A stretch of DNA of 64,000 nt from Nemertoderma westbladi. Lineage: Eukaryota > Animalia > Xenacoelomorpha. Below the pieces are notes generated by a model. That model was not told the DNA's origin, ran no database searches, and saw nothing but the letters and a program-made list of their open reading frames with translations. Location: contig JAUCBJ010007945.1 of the NCBI GenBank assembly GCA_032718475.1, forward strand, positions 119,706 to 183,705, given 5' to 3'. This document shows positions 45,029-57,808 of this stretch, in pieces; the first letter of the stretch is position 1, and every line of letters begins with the position of its first letter. Made by a program: the position numbers and the translations under genes.

Positions 45029-47620
45029 ATGGACCCAAATCGCCAAATTATCGGCGAATTACGTAACACGATAGATCTACTGGAATATTCGCAACCTGGA
45101 TCCCCTGACTTTGATACAAATTGGAGCACCCTGCTAAATGAGAACGTGCGAGTCATTAAATTCACCGGGCGAGAGGGACCGGATTCTAAGAATCTACCAG
45201 CCCTCCGGTTAGCCGATGCTAGTACGAGACTGAAAAGAACTCGGAACGCAAAGGCAACCGGAGGGGACGATTCGTCGTTTTGGGAAACGTTCCGGCAGAG
45301 CGTCTACAGATCCCGATGTTTGATCTACGACAACGAGGGAAACGCGACGCCCACCTCGAAAGCGATTACGTTGACGAGATGTCAAAGTTTCGTCAACGAC
45401 AAGAGTACGTACCTCGCCCACTGGGGAAACCTGTCGGAGTGTACGGCGACGCTTCGAGAGGAACGCGTATCGATTATCCAGAACCGAGACGACTACCAGG
45501 AAAAGTACGGGGCGAAAGAATACGGTCGATCCTTAGTCGTCGTCCTCGGAACCCTGGACGGTTTGGTACTGGTGTGCCGAATATTCCCGACACCCAGACA
45601 GGAAGTGCAGGCAGCCGGAGCGATCTGGTTGCTACCTCCGGAAATCCAAAAGATCCTCTTCGACTTCGACGTCATTAAAATCGGGTCGGATATCAAGGCG
45701 GACGTCCGGAACGACTACGCGAACGCTCCTGCAGGAAGAAACCGACGAGACGACCACAACGCCCTTAGCCATTGCATCGACACTCAAACGCTACTAGCCT
45801 GGTTACGATTCGCCGAGTTCATGCGAGGATTCCAAGAGGTGAGACCAACGAAATCAGGGATCGGCTACCTTGCTGTGCTAAACGGCGGTATCGACTTCAA
45901 ACCCCAGAAATTCCGGGACTATAATAAAATATACGGTGGATACCCGGGAATAGAAATAAAGAGTGAGCGAGAGGGTCGATGGAAGGACGTTGATCGGAAG
46001 TGGACGATACACCAAAGGTGGGAGAACGGAACTACGTTTACGTCGTTATGGAGTGCTACACCGTCGCTAAGTTTATCTGTAAAACTCTCGATAACCTTAT
46101 TACGGCGGTCCCCCTTTCCTTCGTCGACTACGACTGGAACGAGGTCATACACCACGCGTTCAAAGCGGTCGAGAACATCGCACCGGGAGAGACTAAAACG
46201 CTCGCCGTTATCGATTCCTGGGATGAAAGCGGACCCTACGACATCCCTACGATTACCGAACTTCTCGGTGCGGAGGAGCCTCTGATCTCTTCGGAAGGGG
46301 AAGAGATATGGCTAAACGAGGGTGTTCTACTCTCCACCCCGAAGCGACAACTCGAGCCGGAGGCCGCGTATGGACCGGCCGCCAAACGGGTTGCCTCGGC
46401 CGAACCGATGAAGAGAGCAGGCGTTTACACCCCACGCGGCTCCGGTAGCCCCGCGAGGGAGGTAGCCACTACAGCTGCATTGAGCGACTTCGGCGACATA
46501 TGCCAACGGTTATCCCCGTATCCTTTCCCGGGTGGCGAAGATTGGTCGTCGGAGATTCCGAGTACCAGCCACCAACGGACCCGCTCAGCGATACTGGTCG
46601 AGGAGGGCCCCAGCGATGCGCCGACCCCCGACGATCTCCTCGGTATCCCTCCGTCTAAAACCCCGGCACCTCTTCGCCGACCAGTGGTGGCTACTACACC
46701 CGCCGTTCCTCAGGACCCTATGCGACTAACCCGTTGGTACACCGAGCAAACTGAATGGATCCACCGCCAGAAACGGTCGTCCGAGTTGAGACCAGCGGGA
46801 CATAAAGAAGGTTATCGGAGCGAGAACCTACTACGCAAAAGCCTAGCATTCCGCGGGCTACCGACCACCGCGAATATTCCAAAGAGCGACCGACGACTCG
46901 AGTATCACGTCGGCGTCCCGATTCCGATATTTCCTGGTCGAGAGATGCAGTTGGAGGTATGCGGCGACTGTGGTTCGGAGCAGTGCCCCCGCGGTAGAAG
47001 GAATCGGGTTACCGATTCATGCCTCCAGCTCCTCGGGATACTCTATTGCCCATACTGCGCGACTTCGGGCCACGACGTTTCCGTCTGTCCGATCCTATAT
47101 AACCTCTGCACCACGTGCGGTTTCCGTGGACATTCCTCTAGCCCCCGCTGCTATATCAAATGTCCAACCAAAGACGTTACCGCTATGGGAAATATGGTCA
47201 TGTTTGGAAACATACGCAAACAGCCACTTAAAGACCAAGGTTCGGAGAAATGCTCGGAATATTGCGCAGGAGATGGCGTGCGGGTATTTCTCCTTCCCGG
47301 AACGCCTCCACATGTCGGCCACGCTACCTTTCCATTACGTGGATCTGCTACTGAGCGCCGGATTATTCGGTCCATTTGAAGTCATTAGACGATTATACTC
47401 GTATAAAGAGGAGTTCGGTGACGGAGAGTGGTTCCTAGAGGCACGCAAATCTGAGTTGGAAAGACGAACCGACATGATCCCTATGCCTTCGAAAGGAAGA
47501 GCCGCCAGGAGACAAGCCGAAGCGTTACTCACGATGGATGTTGACGCTCCTCTACCAGCCATAGCGATCGATGAGAGTCGACGGGCGAAGAGACGAAAGG
47601 CGTATCAGAGAAAGAAATAG
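45029..47620 (+). pseudogene. B2 accessory ORF (DEDDy-like exonuclease and CCHC knuckles), frameshifts near 46026 and 47206
   Basis: Colinear with 26161-28756; its lesions are at different sites from those in B1. Confidence 0.85.
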
Positions 47621-47785
47621 TGGATCGGGATATTCCAGGAACATTTATCGAACATTTATTTTTATACAAACTCTAGGCCAAATTAATTAAAAACTATGCA
47701 ATATTAAATTTGGGTTTTTTATATTGGGAATGACCTACGCAAACTCAATCGACCGACAGACTTCACGAAGGTCATTGGGGGGGAC

Positions 47786-49394
47786 TGTTCGCGGTATTTC
47801 AACTTTCCATAACGCGAGTTGAATATTTTTGTATTTATTTAAAATTGATTATTCCGATATTACTACTGGGTGCGGGACCATGGGTTTTGGGCACATTCAA
47901 TAAACTGGGGGCGATTTATGGGCGAACTTTGGGGCAACTTACAGGGTACGGGAATAATTTCATAGTTATAAGGGCCAGGGGGGGATGGAAAATGCAAGCA
48001 GTATTCAGGTTAGCCTGAGTACTATTAGGCCCTGGCCAACTTCCTGCTGCCTGTAGGGGTGGATTTGGTAATGCGCCAGGCCTAAAGGACAAGGACTGCC
48101 CTTAGCGGTCCCTGGCCAACAGCAGCCATTACGAGACTGAAAAGAACTCGGACCGCTGACTGCTTGTGTCAGGGATTTGCGACGGGAAACGACAGCCCCT
48201 TAGTAGCCAAGCCGTTCTGGTTCTCGATGATCGAACCCTTCGGGGTTCGTGAGGGGTGGAGCGGACACGCGAACGGGTGGCCAACTAACGACTGCCCCCT
48301 GAGCTAAGCCGTACTGGTTCTCGATGACCGATCCCTTCGGGGTTCGCGAGGGGTGGGACGGACATGCGAAAGGGCTGGCCACAGGACGGGTTTGACGAGG
48401 ACTGCCCTTAGCGGTCTCTGGTCAACGGCAGCTATTACGAGACTGAAAAGAACTCGGAACGCTGACTGCTTGTACCGGGGATCTGCGATGGGAACCGACG
48501 ACAGACCCCTTAGCCAAGCCGTACTGGTTCTCGATGATCGTTCCCTTCGGGGTTCGTGAGGGGTGGAACGGACACGCGACGGGGTCGAAAGACAAAGGAC
48601 TAGACTCTACTGGCCTACCGACTGTTCGGAGCAGTTTCTCGGCTGCCGAAGCGACTACGAGCCTGAAAGGGACTCGGAAAGCCTAGGTGGTTGGGTTTCT
48701 GCGATGAACCGACGGACCCCTAGCCAAGCCGTTCTGGTTCTCGATGATCGAACCCTTCGGGGTTCGTGAGGGGTGGAACGGACACGCGAACGGGTCCACC
48801 GACACGACAGACTCCTAGCCAAGCCGTACTGGTTCTCGATGACCGATCCCTTCGGGGTTCGAGAGGGGCGGTACGGATACGCGACAGAGTCTACCGACTG
48901 GACCGACCCTTAGCCAAGCCGGGCTGGTTCTCGATGATCGTTCCCTTCGGGGTTCGTGAGGGGTGGAACGGACACGCGACAGGGTCGACCGACACCGACA
49001 CTACGGCACTAATACTAGGACCGAGGGAAAATCTGGGGAACATTAGGTAGGCTAAAATCTGAGCGAACAGTGGGTAATTAAATAATATACCGTAGGGATT
49101 TATATTATCGTGTATAATTATTGTGAATATTTGGTGTATATTGATTTGGGGAAGCCCAAAATTATTCTTAATCAGGTTTCAGGTTTCAATGATGTTGAAC
49201 AGGTTTCAACTATAGGAAGTTACATTAAAGAGTATATCCAACTAATGCAGCTTTTTATCAACCGCAAACTTGCATCTCAGAAAACATTCCTTCTCCACAA
49301 TCAATATCCGGTGACTGGCCGGGGCTCGGTGGTCTGTAAAGTCACGTCCCCAGCATCGGCGTTTTTCCCCCCTGGTGTTGGGATAACGGCAACA
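47786..49394 (+). repeat. B2 3' LTR
   Basis: Follows the PPT GGGGGGGAC; direct repeat of 35063-36671. Confidence 0.97.
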
Positions 49395-49399
49395 GTGGA

Positions 49400-52300
49400 G
49401 CTGCCTTCACATTAGTCGAGGAATGGGTGGCCGAAGAGATAGGATTGAGAACGAGGCCAAGCAGGATGGCGGTAACAACCATCTCTAGCAAAGATAAGAT
49501 CCTAGAGATGAGAACAGGACGGTGCGCAATTGCAGCAGTGGCACCAGGATGCGTCTATGGGGCAACCATCGACCCCATCCAGGTGATAGAGTCAATTAAT
49601 ATTAATGCCAGGCGACCAACCAACATCGAGGTCGAGCAGTATAAATTCCTGGACGACATTGACTTCTCAATCCCAGACGTGGACGTTAGGAAGGTGTCCA
49701 TCATAGTAGGCATGGACTGCCCAACGGCCCACGAAAGAATGCAAACGGTCTTCGGCGAAGACAAGCAGAGTGACCCGGTGGCCATATTAACACCATTCGG
49801 GTGGACGCTGAGTGGTCCAATTAAGAGCAAGATACCATTTAGGATGTCGGAGACATCAGGATGCATGTTCGCGGGAACAATGCAGGAAATGGGTGACGAG
49901 GGAGCAGAGGAGCAGCTTAAAAGACTGCTCAGACAGGATTTCGAGGGACTGAAAGAAACCGGAGTCGGGACCTCAGTAGAAGACAAGCAGGCTTTACAAA
50001 GCGTGGAGGAATCAATGACATGCGATGAGGGACGGTATACAATAGGAATGGTATGGAAACTACCGAAGATACCGCTGCCCGACAATAGGGGGATGGTACT
50101 TACGAGACTCCGCAAACTGAAACAAACACTAAAACGGAGCCCCGAGAAGAATGAGTACATCCACAGAACAATTAAGAAGTACGTCGAGAAAGGATGGGCC
50201 GTGGAGTTACCGGTCGACGAGCCGAACACGGATAGGACATATTACCTGCCACTGCACGTGGCTTTAGATCCAAAGAAAGGTAAACTAAGGATGGTAGTCG
50301 ACGCATCGGCAAAGACCGACGGAAAGTGCTTAAACGACTACCTGTTAGAAGGCCCAAACATATACAATTCGGGCATAGAGGTGTTACTTAGATTTAGAAA
50401 TGGGAAACACGCCTTCACGTGTGACATAGAAGGCATGTTCAACCAAGTCCGTGTAACGGAAGAAGATAGCGACAGTCAGCGCTTCTTATGGTATAACGGC
50501 GAGGAAGAACCGTCGATAATACCGGCATATAAGATGGTAGTACAGAACATGGGGGCCAAGTCATCTTCATTTACGACGACTATGGCAGTGAGAGACACAG
50601 TAAAGGGGAAGGAAGATAGATACAGCAGTAGGGCCGTCGATATGATTCGACGCGGCTTCTACGTAGACGACGGAATGGAGTCTGGAAATACGGTTAAGGA
50701 GATACTGGATACAGGGCGCGAGGTTCGCGACATCCTAAAGGGATCCGGCTTTAACCTGACCAAATTCCAATCCAGTTCGGAAGAATTTATCAAAGCCATA
50801 GAGGACAGGAAACCAGAATCGACCATGGATAATCCCACAACAGCCAAAGGGCAGGACATGGCGATTAAGAGAACGGAATCCCAGCAGAAGGCATTGGGAA
50901 TCGTGTGGGATAGAGAGACAGACGAACTGAAGTATCAGCTGAGCCAGGAGGGCGCAGACATCCACACGAAGAGGGGCTATGTATCGTATATAGCAAGGAT
51001 ATACGATCCCCTAGGCCTAGCATCCCCATTATTAGTCACGGGGAAACAGATACTCAAGAGAGTATACAAATTGAAAGATGAGTGGGACGTAGAGGTACCA
51101 GAGGAAATCAAGAAACAGTGGAGCAAGTGGACAGGAGACTTGGAGAAGATGGGAACATACAACATGCCAAGGGTGTATTTCCTGGATGGGAACATGACGA
51201 ATCTGGACCTACACATGTTCTCCGACGCGTCGTTGGAAGTGTACGGAGCGGCACTCTACTTAGTACAACGAGAGGGGGCTTATAAGCCAAGACTAGCCTT
51301 TAGCAAAGCAAAGTCAACGCCACCAGATTCAGCATCAGTTCCTAAGTTAGAATTGACAGCCGCGAGACTAGGAGTAAGAGCCACAGCCTACCTAGTGGAT
51401 ACTATTCCCAACATAGTGGAGACACACTACTGGACGGACTCCATGGTAGTGCTTGGTTGGCTACACAACGAAAGGACGAGATACCCGATATTCGTCGCGA
51501 ATAGAGTGGACGAAATAAGGGCGAGTACAGAACTGGAAAGGTGGCACTACTGCCCAACAGACGACAACCCAGCGGACTTGTTGTCGAGGGGCGTGGTACG
51601 CCACATTTTCTTGAAAAGGGAAGTATTGTGGCAACATGGGCCACAATTTCTGAGCGATAAGGAGGCCTGGCCGCCGATGAGAAAGGTGGACCCGGGTTCA
51701 GAAGTAGTGTCAGAGGGAGAAGAGGGAGATTCAGAGGGAGAAGAGATATACTCCCAGATGGTGAGGGAGATTAGGGACGTGCAACCAGGACGGGAACTGT
51801 GCGATAACCCGACGGATAAACTCCTCAGCTACAGTTCTAGTTGGTATAAGACCAAGAAACTAGTGGCGTACTGGAGAGCCTTCGGAAATTTCCTTGCGGG
51901 AGTTGGCAAGGACAAGAAGATCAGGACTACCATAGATCAGGAAGGAGCGGCCAAGGCAGTGATCCGCTATGAACAATGGAAGAACTACGGCGACGAGGTG
52001 GAACGCGTCGGTAACCAACAGCACCTCCGACGGGACAGCGAGCTGATTACGCTGTCGCCACAACTCAATGACGACGGGATTCTAGTAATGAATTCTAGGG
52101 TGGGATACAACAACAGCATAGTCGTACCACCGAAACCCATCATCATTCCTACAGGATCGCCAATAGTCCACCAGATTATATGGGACTCCCACAAATCGAT
52201 ATTGCATGGGGGCACCAACCGAACCCTCACAGAGATAAGGAGGACCTATTGGGTCAAACAACTGAGAAAAAAGGTAAAAGCGGTAGTGGGGCAGTGCCAG

Positions 52301-53299
52301 ACCTGCCGACGAGCGAAGAAGGAGCGAGCCGTACAGGAGATGGCGCCACTACCGGCGAGTAGGGTAAGACAGCACGACCCGCCATTTACGCATTGCGGTG
52401 TGGACATGTTCAGGCCGATAAAGATCAAAGTGATGCGACACACGGAGAAACGCTACGGCATTATCTTCGTATGCAACAATACGCGGGCGGTAGGGATAGA
52501 ACTCGCCCAAGATGCAACCGCATCAGCGTTCATTAACGCCTTAGAAAGGTTTAGGGACCGCAAAGGTGGGACGATCGCAGTGATATACAGCGACAACGGC
52601 ACCAACTTTGTGGGCGCAGAGAGTGAGATGGCAGAGGCCTTGGACATCTTGGAGGGGGAAGAAGTCAGGGCAGCCATGAGACGACGACAAGTAAAGTGGG
52701 AGAGAAGGACGCCGTATGCACCACATACACTAGGATGCGTCGAGAGACTGGTGGGCAGTTCAAAGCGTCTAATGACGAAGCTGATGAACACCCACATGGT
52801 CACTGAGGACGTCTTACGGACAGTACTTGCGAAGTGCGAGGGGATCATTAATAGCAGACCGCTATATCCGGAGAATGATGACCCTGAGTCATTAGACGTG
52901 CTGACACCTAGCCATTTCCTGATGGAAAGGCCAGCGACCATCGATATGCGGGGTGTAGACCCAGATGACATACACTCCCGCCAAAGTTGGAAAGTCGCAA
53001 AGGCAATAAGCGCAGAGTATTGGAGGAGGTGGGTCGAGGAATACCTACCCACACTCCATAAACGAAGCAAGTGGAGGAAGTCAAACAGGGAGTTAAGAGA
53101 GGGAGATCTCGTAATCGTTACGGATGATACTATCATCAACAACCAATGGCGGTTGGCGAGAGTTGTAGGCACCTACTCCGACAAGGACGGAAGAGTCCGA
53201 TCGGTAGAAGTGCGGATAGGTGGAAAGATAGGTGCGAAGGACAGAAAAACCTACAGGAGAGCTGTAGGCAAATGCTGTCTGTTAGAAGGGGCACCTTAG
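49400..53299 (+). CDS. pol: A2 pol (rest of protease, RT, RNase H, integrase)
   Basis: FTCDIEGMF, FYVDDG, FSDAS, CQTC, GVDMF...YSDNGTNF...VERLV; in frame with LVDSG located before B2. Confidence 0.93.
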   Translation, partial: AAFTLVEEWVAEEIGLRTRPSRMAVTTISSKDKILEMRTGRCAIAAVAPGCVYGATIDPIQVIESININARRPTNIEVEQYKFLDDIDFSIPDVDVRKVSIIVGMDCPTAHERMQTVFGEDKQSDPVAILTPFGWTLSGPIKSKIPFRMSETSGCMFAGTMQEMGDEGAEEQLKRLLRQDFEGLKETGVGTSVEDKQALQSVEESMTCDEGRYTIGMVWKLPKIPLPDNRGMVLTRLRKLKQTLKRSPEKNEYIHRTIKKYVEKGWAVELPVDEPNTDRTYYLPLHVALDPKKGKLRMVVDASAKTDGKCLNDYLLEGPNIYNSGIEVLLRFRNGKHAFTCDIEGMFNQVRVTEEDSDSQRFLWYNGEEEPSIIPAYKMVVQNMGAKSSSFTTTMAVRDTVKGKEDRYSSRAVDMIRRGFYVDDGMESGNTVKEILDTGREVRDILKGSGFNLTKFQSSSEEFIKAIEDRKPESTMDNPTTAKGQDMAIKRTESQQKALGIVWDRETDELKYQLSQEGADIHTKRGYVSYIARIYDPLGLASPLLVTGKQILKRVYKLKDEWDVEVPEEIKKQWSKWTGDLEKMGTYNMPRVYFLDGNMTNLDLHMFSDASLEVYGAALYLVQREGAYKPRLAFSKAKSTPPDSASVPKLELTAARLGVRATAYLVDTIPNIVETHYWTDSMVVLGWLHNERTRYPIFVANRVDEIRASTELERWHYCPTDDNPADLLSRGVVRHIFLKREVLWQHGPQFLSDKEAWPPMRKVDPGSEVVSEGEEGDSEGEEIYSQMVREIRDVQPGRELCDNPTDKLLSYSSSWYKTKKLVAYWRAFGNFLAGVGKDKKIRTTIDQEGAAKAVIRYEQWKNYGDEVERVGNQQHLRRDSELITLSPQLNDDGILVMNSRVGYNNSIVVPPKPIIIPTGSPIVHQIIWDSHKSILHGGTNRTLTEIRRTYWVKQLRKKVKAVVGQCQTCRRAKKERAVQEMAPLPASRVRQHDPPFTHCGVDMFRPIKIKVMRHTEKRYGIIFVCNNTRAVGIELAQDATASAFINALERFRDRKGGTIAVIYSDNGTNFVGAESEMAEALDILEGEEVRAAMRRRQVKWERRTPYAPHTLGCVERLVGSSKRLMTKLMNTHMVTEDVLRTVLAKCEGIINSRPLYPENDDPESLDVLTPSHFLMERPATIDMRGVDPDDIHSRQSWKVAKAISAEYWRRWVEEYLPTLHKRSKWRKSNRELREGDLVIVTDDTIINNQWRLARVVGTYSDKDGRVRSVEVRIGGKIGAKDRKTYRRAVGKCCLLEGAP

Positions 53300-53441
53300 T
53301 AGAGTTAAAGAAAAGTTTAGTCGTCCAAGTTTTGGACTGAGGGGGGTGGGATTGAGGGTGAGACGCCCTTCCCACAAACAAAATAGAAAATAAAATAAAA
53401 TAAATAATAGTACATGCTAGGTACGCAGTTAGTAGGCAGAA

Positions 53442-54053
53442 GTTAGTTAAGAGGTACGTAGTACCTGGTCAGTTAGTTAGTTAGAAGGTACGTAGTACCT
53501 AGTTAGGTAGAGAGTTAGAAGGTACGTAGTACATAGTTAGTTAGTTAGTTAGAAGGTACGTAGTACCTAGTTAGTTAGTTAGTTAGAAGGTACGTAGTAC
53601 CGATAGTTAGTTAGAGAGTTAGAGGGTACGTAAGTACCGCTAGTTAGTCAGAGAGTTAGAAGGTACGTAGTACCGATAGTCAGTTAGAGAGTTAGAGGGT
53701 ACGTAGTACCGATAGTTAGTTAGAGAGTTAGAAGGTACGTAGTACCGATAGTCAGTTAGAGAGTTAGAGGGTACGTAGTACCGATAGTTAGTTAGAGAGT
53801 TAGAAGGTACGTAGTACCGATAGTCAGTTAGAGAGTTAGAGGGTACGTAAGTACCGCTAGTTAGTTAGAGAGTTAGAGGGTACGTAAGTACCGCTAGTTA
53901 GTTAGAGAGTTAGAGGGTACGTAAGTACCGCTAGTTAGTTAGAGAGTTAGAGGGTACGTAAGTACCGCTAGTTAGTTAGAGAGTTAGAGGGTATGTAGTA
54001 CCGTTAGTTAGAGAGAAAGTAAGAGTTAGAGGGTACGTAGTACCGTTAGTTAG
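53442..54053 (+). repeat. TTAG-rich tandem repeat of A2
   Basis: Same unit as 642-1354, with a different copy number and variants. Confidence 0.96.
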
Positions 54054-54544
54054 AAGAGAGAGAGTAAGAGGTAAAAGGGGATATAGATATAGATATTAGT
54101 TAGCAGTTAGTAGAGAGAGGGGGGCATATGAGTACAGCTGGGTAAGTTGTGTGGCCACACGACGCGTACTGCTGTACTGCATAGGCCAGAATACAGAGTA
54201 GGCCAGAATGTGGATTAGAGAATAGAATAATCCATAGGCAGTAGTAAGTAGTAGGACAGTAGAATCAAATAAAATAGATAGATAGATAGAATAGGGCTGA
54301 AAGTTGTAAAATAGTGGCAACACAAGGGAAGTTATTCTAGAACATAATAAAAGTAACGGACAGAAATTGTAAATTACGCTCATTTACTAGCTTCAAAATT
54401 AATTAGGAATAATTTAGGTTAAAGGGCGCAGCTAAGTAGGAAATAGGCCATTATCGAACCGTACAGAACATCTTAGATACATCACTCATCTGTATTGCGC
54501 CTTGGTAAGGCACCAACTTGCAGGTGAGCGAGTGAACGTTCGGA

Positions 54545-57097
54545 ATGGCGAGTAAGTTGATCAGAAAGAGAAAGGCGGAGTCAGGAGGAAAGGAGATACT
54601 GGTGGATTTCACCGAGAGGCATCCGGAAGAGAAGACGAGAGGATACTACGAGAGGTTGGAAAGGGGTCACGCGGCGCGAGCGCTGCAGGATCACTTCAGG
54701 GAGGTGCACGAACAGCGGCTGGTCGGGACCTACGGGACGCCGTCGCTGGACAACGCGATCTTCCAACACTTCCACTACGTGGTGAAAGGGGACGAGGCGA
54801 AGTTCGGGATTCCGAAGTACCCGAGGGAATCACCGAGGAAGGACTGGAAGAGATTCATAGAGTCCGTCAACAGAGGAGGATATATGATCCTAGATGATGA
54901 GGGAACCGTGGAAGACGAGGCGGGTTCGAGACGAGGAACTGCGGGGTCGGCCAGGACCATACTCCTACATTTGGCCGCGCCAAATGGGGACATCTTCTTA
55001 TTCGACCTAGGGACGTATGGGAAGAAGGACGGGCCGAAATTAGACCGGTTACCGAAAGCGGTACAAGTCTTAGTGAGAGAGAAGTCGACGACGAAAGTGG
55101 GATCGGCGATTCGCGAGGACGCGGAGAGGATCATCGGTCCGGACGCCACCAACCTCCTGGATATGCAGAAAGTCTTTATGGCTATGACGGCACCGGATGG
55201 GTTGGGGGTAGTCGAAAACACAGGCCAATGCGGGGCGGTGGCGATGGGCCAATTATTGGGGCTCGTATGCCACAAACCGATGGATTGGGGGAAGTTTAGG
55301 GAAGAATACGGAGCAGAACTAGCGAACTCGCTAAAGTGGGGAGCGAGACCGGGAAAGCAGGAGGTATATCAGTTCCGCAGGGGAGCGATAAAGGTATATC
55401 AGAAGCGATATATCCTGCAGGAGGACTGGATGATGATAAGTTTGCTTAACTTATTCATGACCGTGGTTATCGAGAGGGAACCAGGGGCATTTCTGTTATC
55501 GGGATCACCCCTAAGCTACAGGAGAGCCTTTAAAGTGGCCTTTGACGGTCTGGTAGACCACCCGGGGCTGAAGGGCGAGTCGGTGTACTACAACAGCCGA
55601 CATCTGGTAGACGGGGAGACAGATACACCGTATCAGAGATGGGAGCAGCTAGAGACGGATAGACGAGAAGCAAAGCGACTGGAAGAAGTCGCTAGACGGG
55701 AGAGGATAGAAGCAGAGGAGAGGGAAGAGGAGGCCAGGACACAGAGTTACGGCTTCGAGGAACAGGCAGGCCTAGACGAACTTCATTGGACTTCATCAGG
55801 GAGTTCGGGGGAGTCTCTAGGGCGAGAATTGGGATGGACGGTGGGATCGCCGAAACAGTCGACGTCGGGGTTGCAAACGATGCCCATACCAGCGGGCGCC
55901 GAGGGCGACCAACCGCCAAGGAAGTTAAGGGAGCTAGAGGGATGGAGAGCTACGGGCGAGAGCCAAGGCGGGAAGGGACATAGTGGATCCATCGGGATAC
56001 CGGGGTTGGAGACACTGCCAGAAGAAGAGGAGGACGACGACGACGAGTTCGGAGAGATGCCGCCCATCGAGAGGATAGGCCACTCGGACACGGACTGGGT
56101 TGGCGGAAGGGTGGTGACGGCCAGTGGGGCGAGGGCCTTCTGGAACAGATCCGGCAAGCGGACCTGGGTGCACGAGGAGCCGGCGATGGATTTCGCGGGG
56201 AGCACCATCAGGTTGGGCGAACAACCGGGGACGGCACCACGGGTAGTATTCGGGGAGACGATGCCCGAGAGGGGCGGAGAGATCGACGTAGATAGAGAGA
56301 CCAACGTAGAGAAGTTCGCCTACCAGCGACTCCACAGACCGCGGAGATCGCTTGGGACGAAAGACGAGGTGGGACGGGAGACATTGGTACTCGGCTGCGA
56401 CTACTGTGGGAGACAGACCCATCGGGAAAGCAGCTGCCTATACCGGTTCCAAAAGGGAACCTTTTGTCTCTACTGCAGAGAACCAAGCCACAGGATGGGG
56501 GCGTGTCCACGGTTGCATAACCGATGTCCAAAGTGCCACTTTCGGGGACACTACGGACGCGAGTGCGACTGGATGAACGACGAGGAGAAGTTCACAAGAT
56601 TCGAGGAGTGGGCCGACGTCGGGGCCATGACGCGCCAGCGCATGAAGGCCCAGGAGTTCAAGTGGGGTTTCTTCCTTATCAATCAGGAGACTCACATGGA
56701 AATCATAAAGCGGAGGCTACCGTTTACCTACCAAGAGGTAGCAACGGCGGCGTCGTACGCTGGAGTGATGAACACGCAAAGGTATTTGGACAGGTGGACG
56801 CCAGAGAACCGAAGGGAGTTTAGGGATTTCTTGGCGGAGCACGTACCAAAGGCAATGAAAATGATCCTATGGGACGCCACCAGAGGGAGACAACCGGGCC
56901 ACTCTGAGGGGCCACCGGCGAAGCGATATCGGGCACTAATAACACCAGCGCCCAAGGAGCCAACGACCGGGATCAGCAAGGAAGTGGCGGCGAAGGTCCG
57001 AAAGCAGAAAGCGGATGATGCCAGAGGAACGGTGATAACCAAGAAACGACCCAGGGAAGAGGACGCCAGGGGGAACTATCCCCAGAGGAACAGATAG
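54545..57097 (+). CDS. Accessory ORF of A2 (850 aa): DEDDy-like exonuclease and three CCHC knuckles, intact
   Basis: Near-identical to 1844-4390; indels are in frame. Confidence 0.85.
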   Translation: MASKLIRKRKAESGGKEILVDFTERHPEEKTRGYYERLERGHAARALQDHFREVHEQRLVGTYGTPSLDNAIFQHFHYVVKGDEAKFGIPKYPRESPRKDWKRFIESVNRGGYMILDDEGTVEDEAGSRRGTAGSARTILLHLAAPNGDIFLFDLGTYGKKDGPKLDRLPKAVQVLVREKSTTKVGSAIREDAERIIGPDATNLLDMQKVFMAMTAPDGLGVVENTGQCGAVAMGQLLGLVCHKPMDWGKFREEYGAELANSLKWGARPGKQEVYQFRRGAIKVYQKRYILQEDWMMISLLNLFMTVVIEREPGAFLLSGSPLSYRRAFKVAFDGLVDHPGLKGESVYYNSRHLVDGETDTPYQRWEQLETDRREAKRLEEVARRERIEAEEREEEARTQSYGFEEQAGLDELHWTSSGSSGESLGRELGWTVGSPKQSTSGLQTMPIPAGAEGDQPPRKLRELEGWRATGESQGGKGHSGSIGIPGLETLPEEEEDDDDEFGEMPPIERIGHSDTDWVGGRVVTASGARAFWNRSGKRTWVHEEPAMDFAGSTIRLGEQPGTAPRVVFGETMPERGGEIDVDRETNVEKFAYQRLHRPRRSLGTKDEVGRETLVLGCDYCGRQTHRESSCLYRFQKGTFCLYCREPSHRMGACPRLHNRCPKCHFRGHYGRECDWMNDEEKFTRFEEWADVGAMTRQRMKAQEFKWGFFLINQETHMEIIKRRLPFTYQEVATAASYAGVMNTQRYLDRWTPENRREFRDFLAEHVPKAMKMILWDATRGRQPGHSEGPPAKRYRALITPAPKEPTTGISKEVAAKVRKQKADDARGTVITKKRPREEDARGNYPQRNR

Positions 57098-57808
57098 GTT
57101 CCCAGAGTCGAGGGATAGAGACTGAGACTGGGACGTGGTGCGCCTGGAAGGCGCCGCGTGGGACGTACGAACTATTAAGTACAAATTTAATTAATGCAAA
57201 TAATCATATAAGTGCAATTTGTATGTACGTATGTAGTAATTAGTAATCTACGAATATACGCTGGGAGTAAGTACTATAGTCATACAACCTTTCTCAATTA
57301 GCTACTGGGACTGGGGGATAACTGACTATGGCACTATGGACGAGACACCAGACAATTTCACACTTCTTGAGTGCGACGGCACAAGAGGGGGGGGGGGAGA
57401 TTCGTCAGAAGGGATGAGGTAGTCAGAAGTAGGGTTGAGGGACAGAGTAGTAGTGCGAAGTGCGGAGAGAGTGCGGACGCAATTCTAGTGTGGGGGGGGG
57501 AGAATAAGAGACTGAGTAAGGGACGAGGAGGTCCGAGTGTATGAGAGAGTTAGGATGAGAGTGAAGAAGAGATAGGGCGGAAGTGTTGGGGAAACAAAAG
57601 TTGCGTGAGAGGTGAGCGCGATCGGCCCGACATGAGACGCCAGGCACACAGGGTAGCGTTATCATACCCATAGGGGGCGGCCTGGAAAGCCGGCTCCGAG
57701 AGAAAAGAATTCCACCCCACACCCGATACTAGATCGGGATCCAGCGGGATTGTAGCGCACTTTTTGGTTGATGCTATCTTCTTACCGGGAAGATAGCATG
57801 GGGGGGAG

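Larger units (their letters stand above)
35063..49394 (+). mobile_element. BEL/Pao family B, copy B2 (full length, 14.3 kb)
   Basis: 1609-bp LTRs; 5-bp TSD GTGGA (35058-35062 and 49395-49399). Confidence 0.97.
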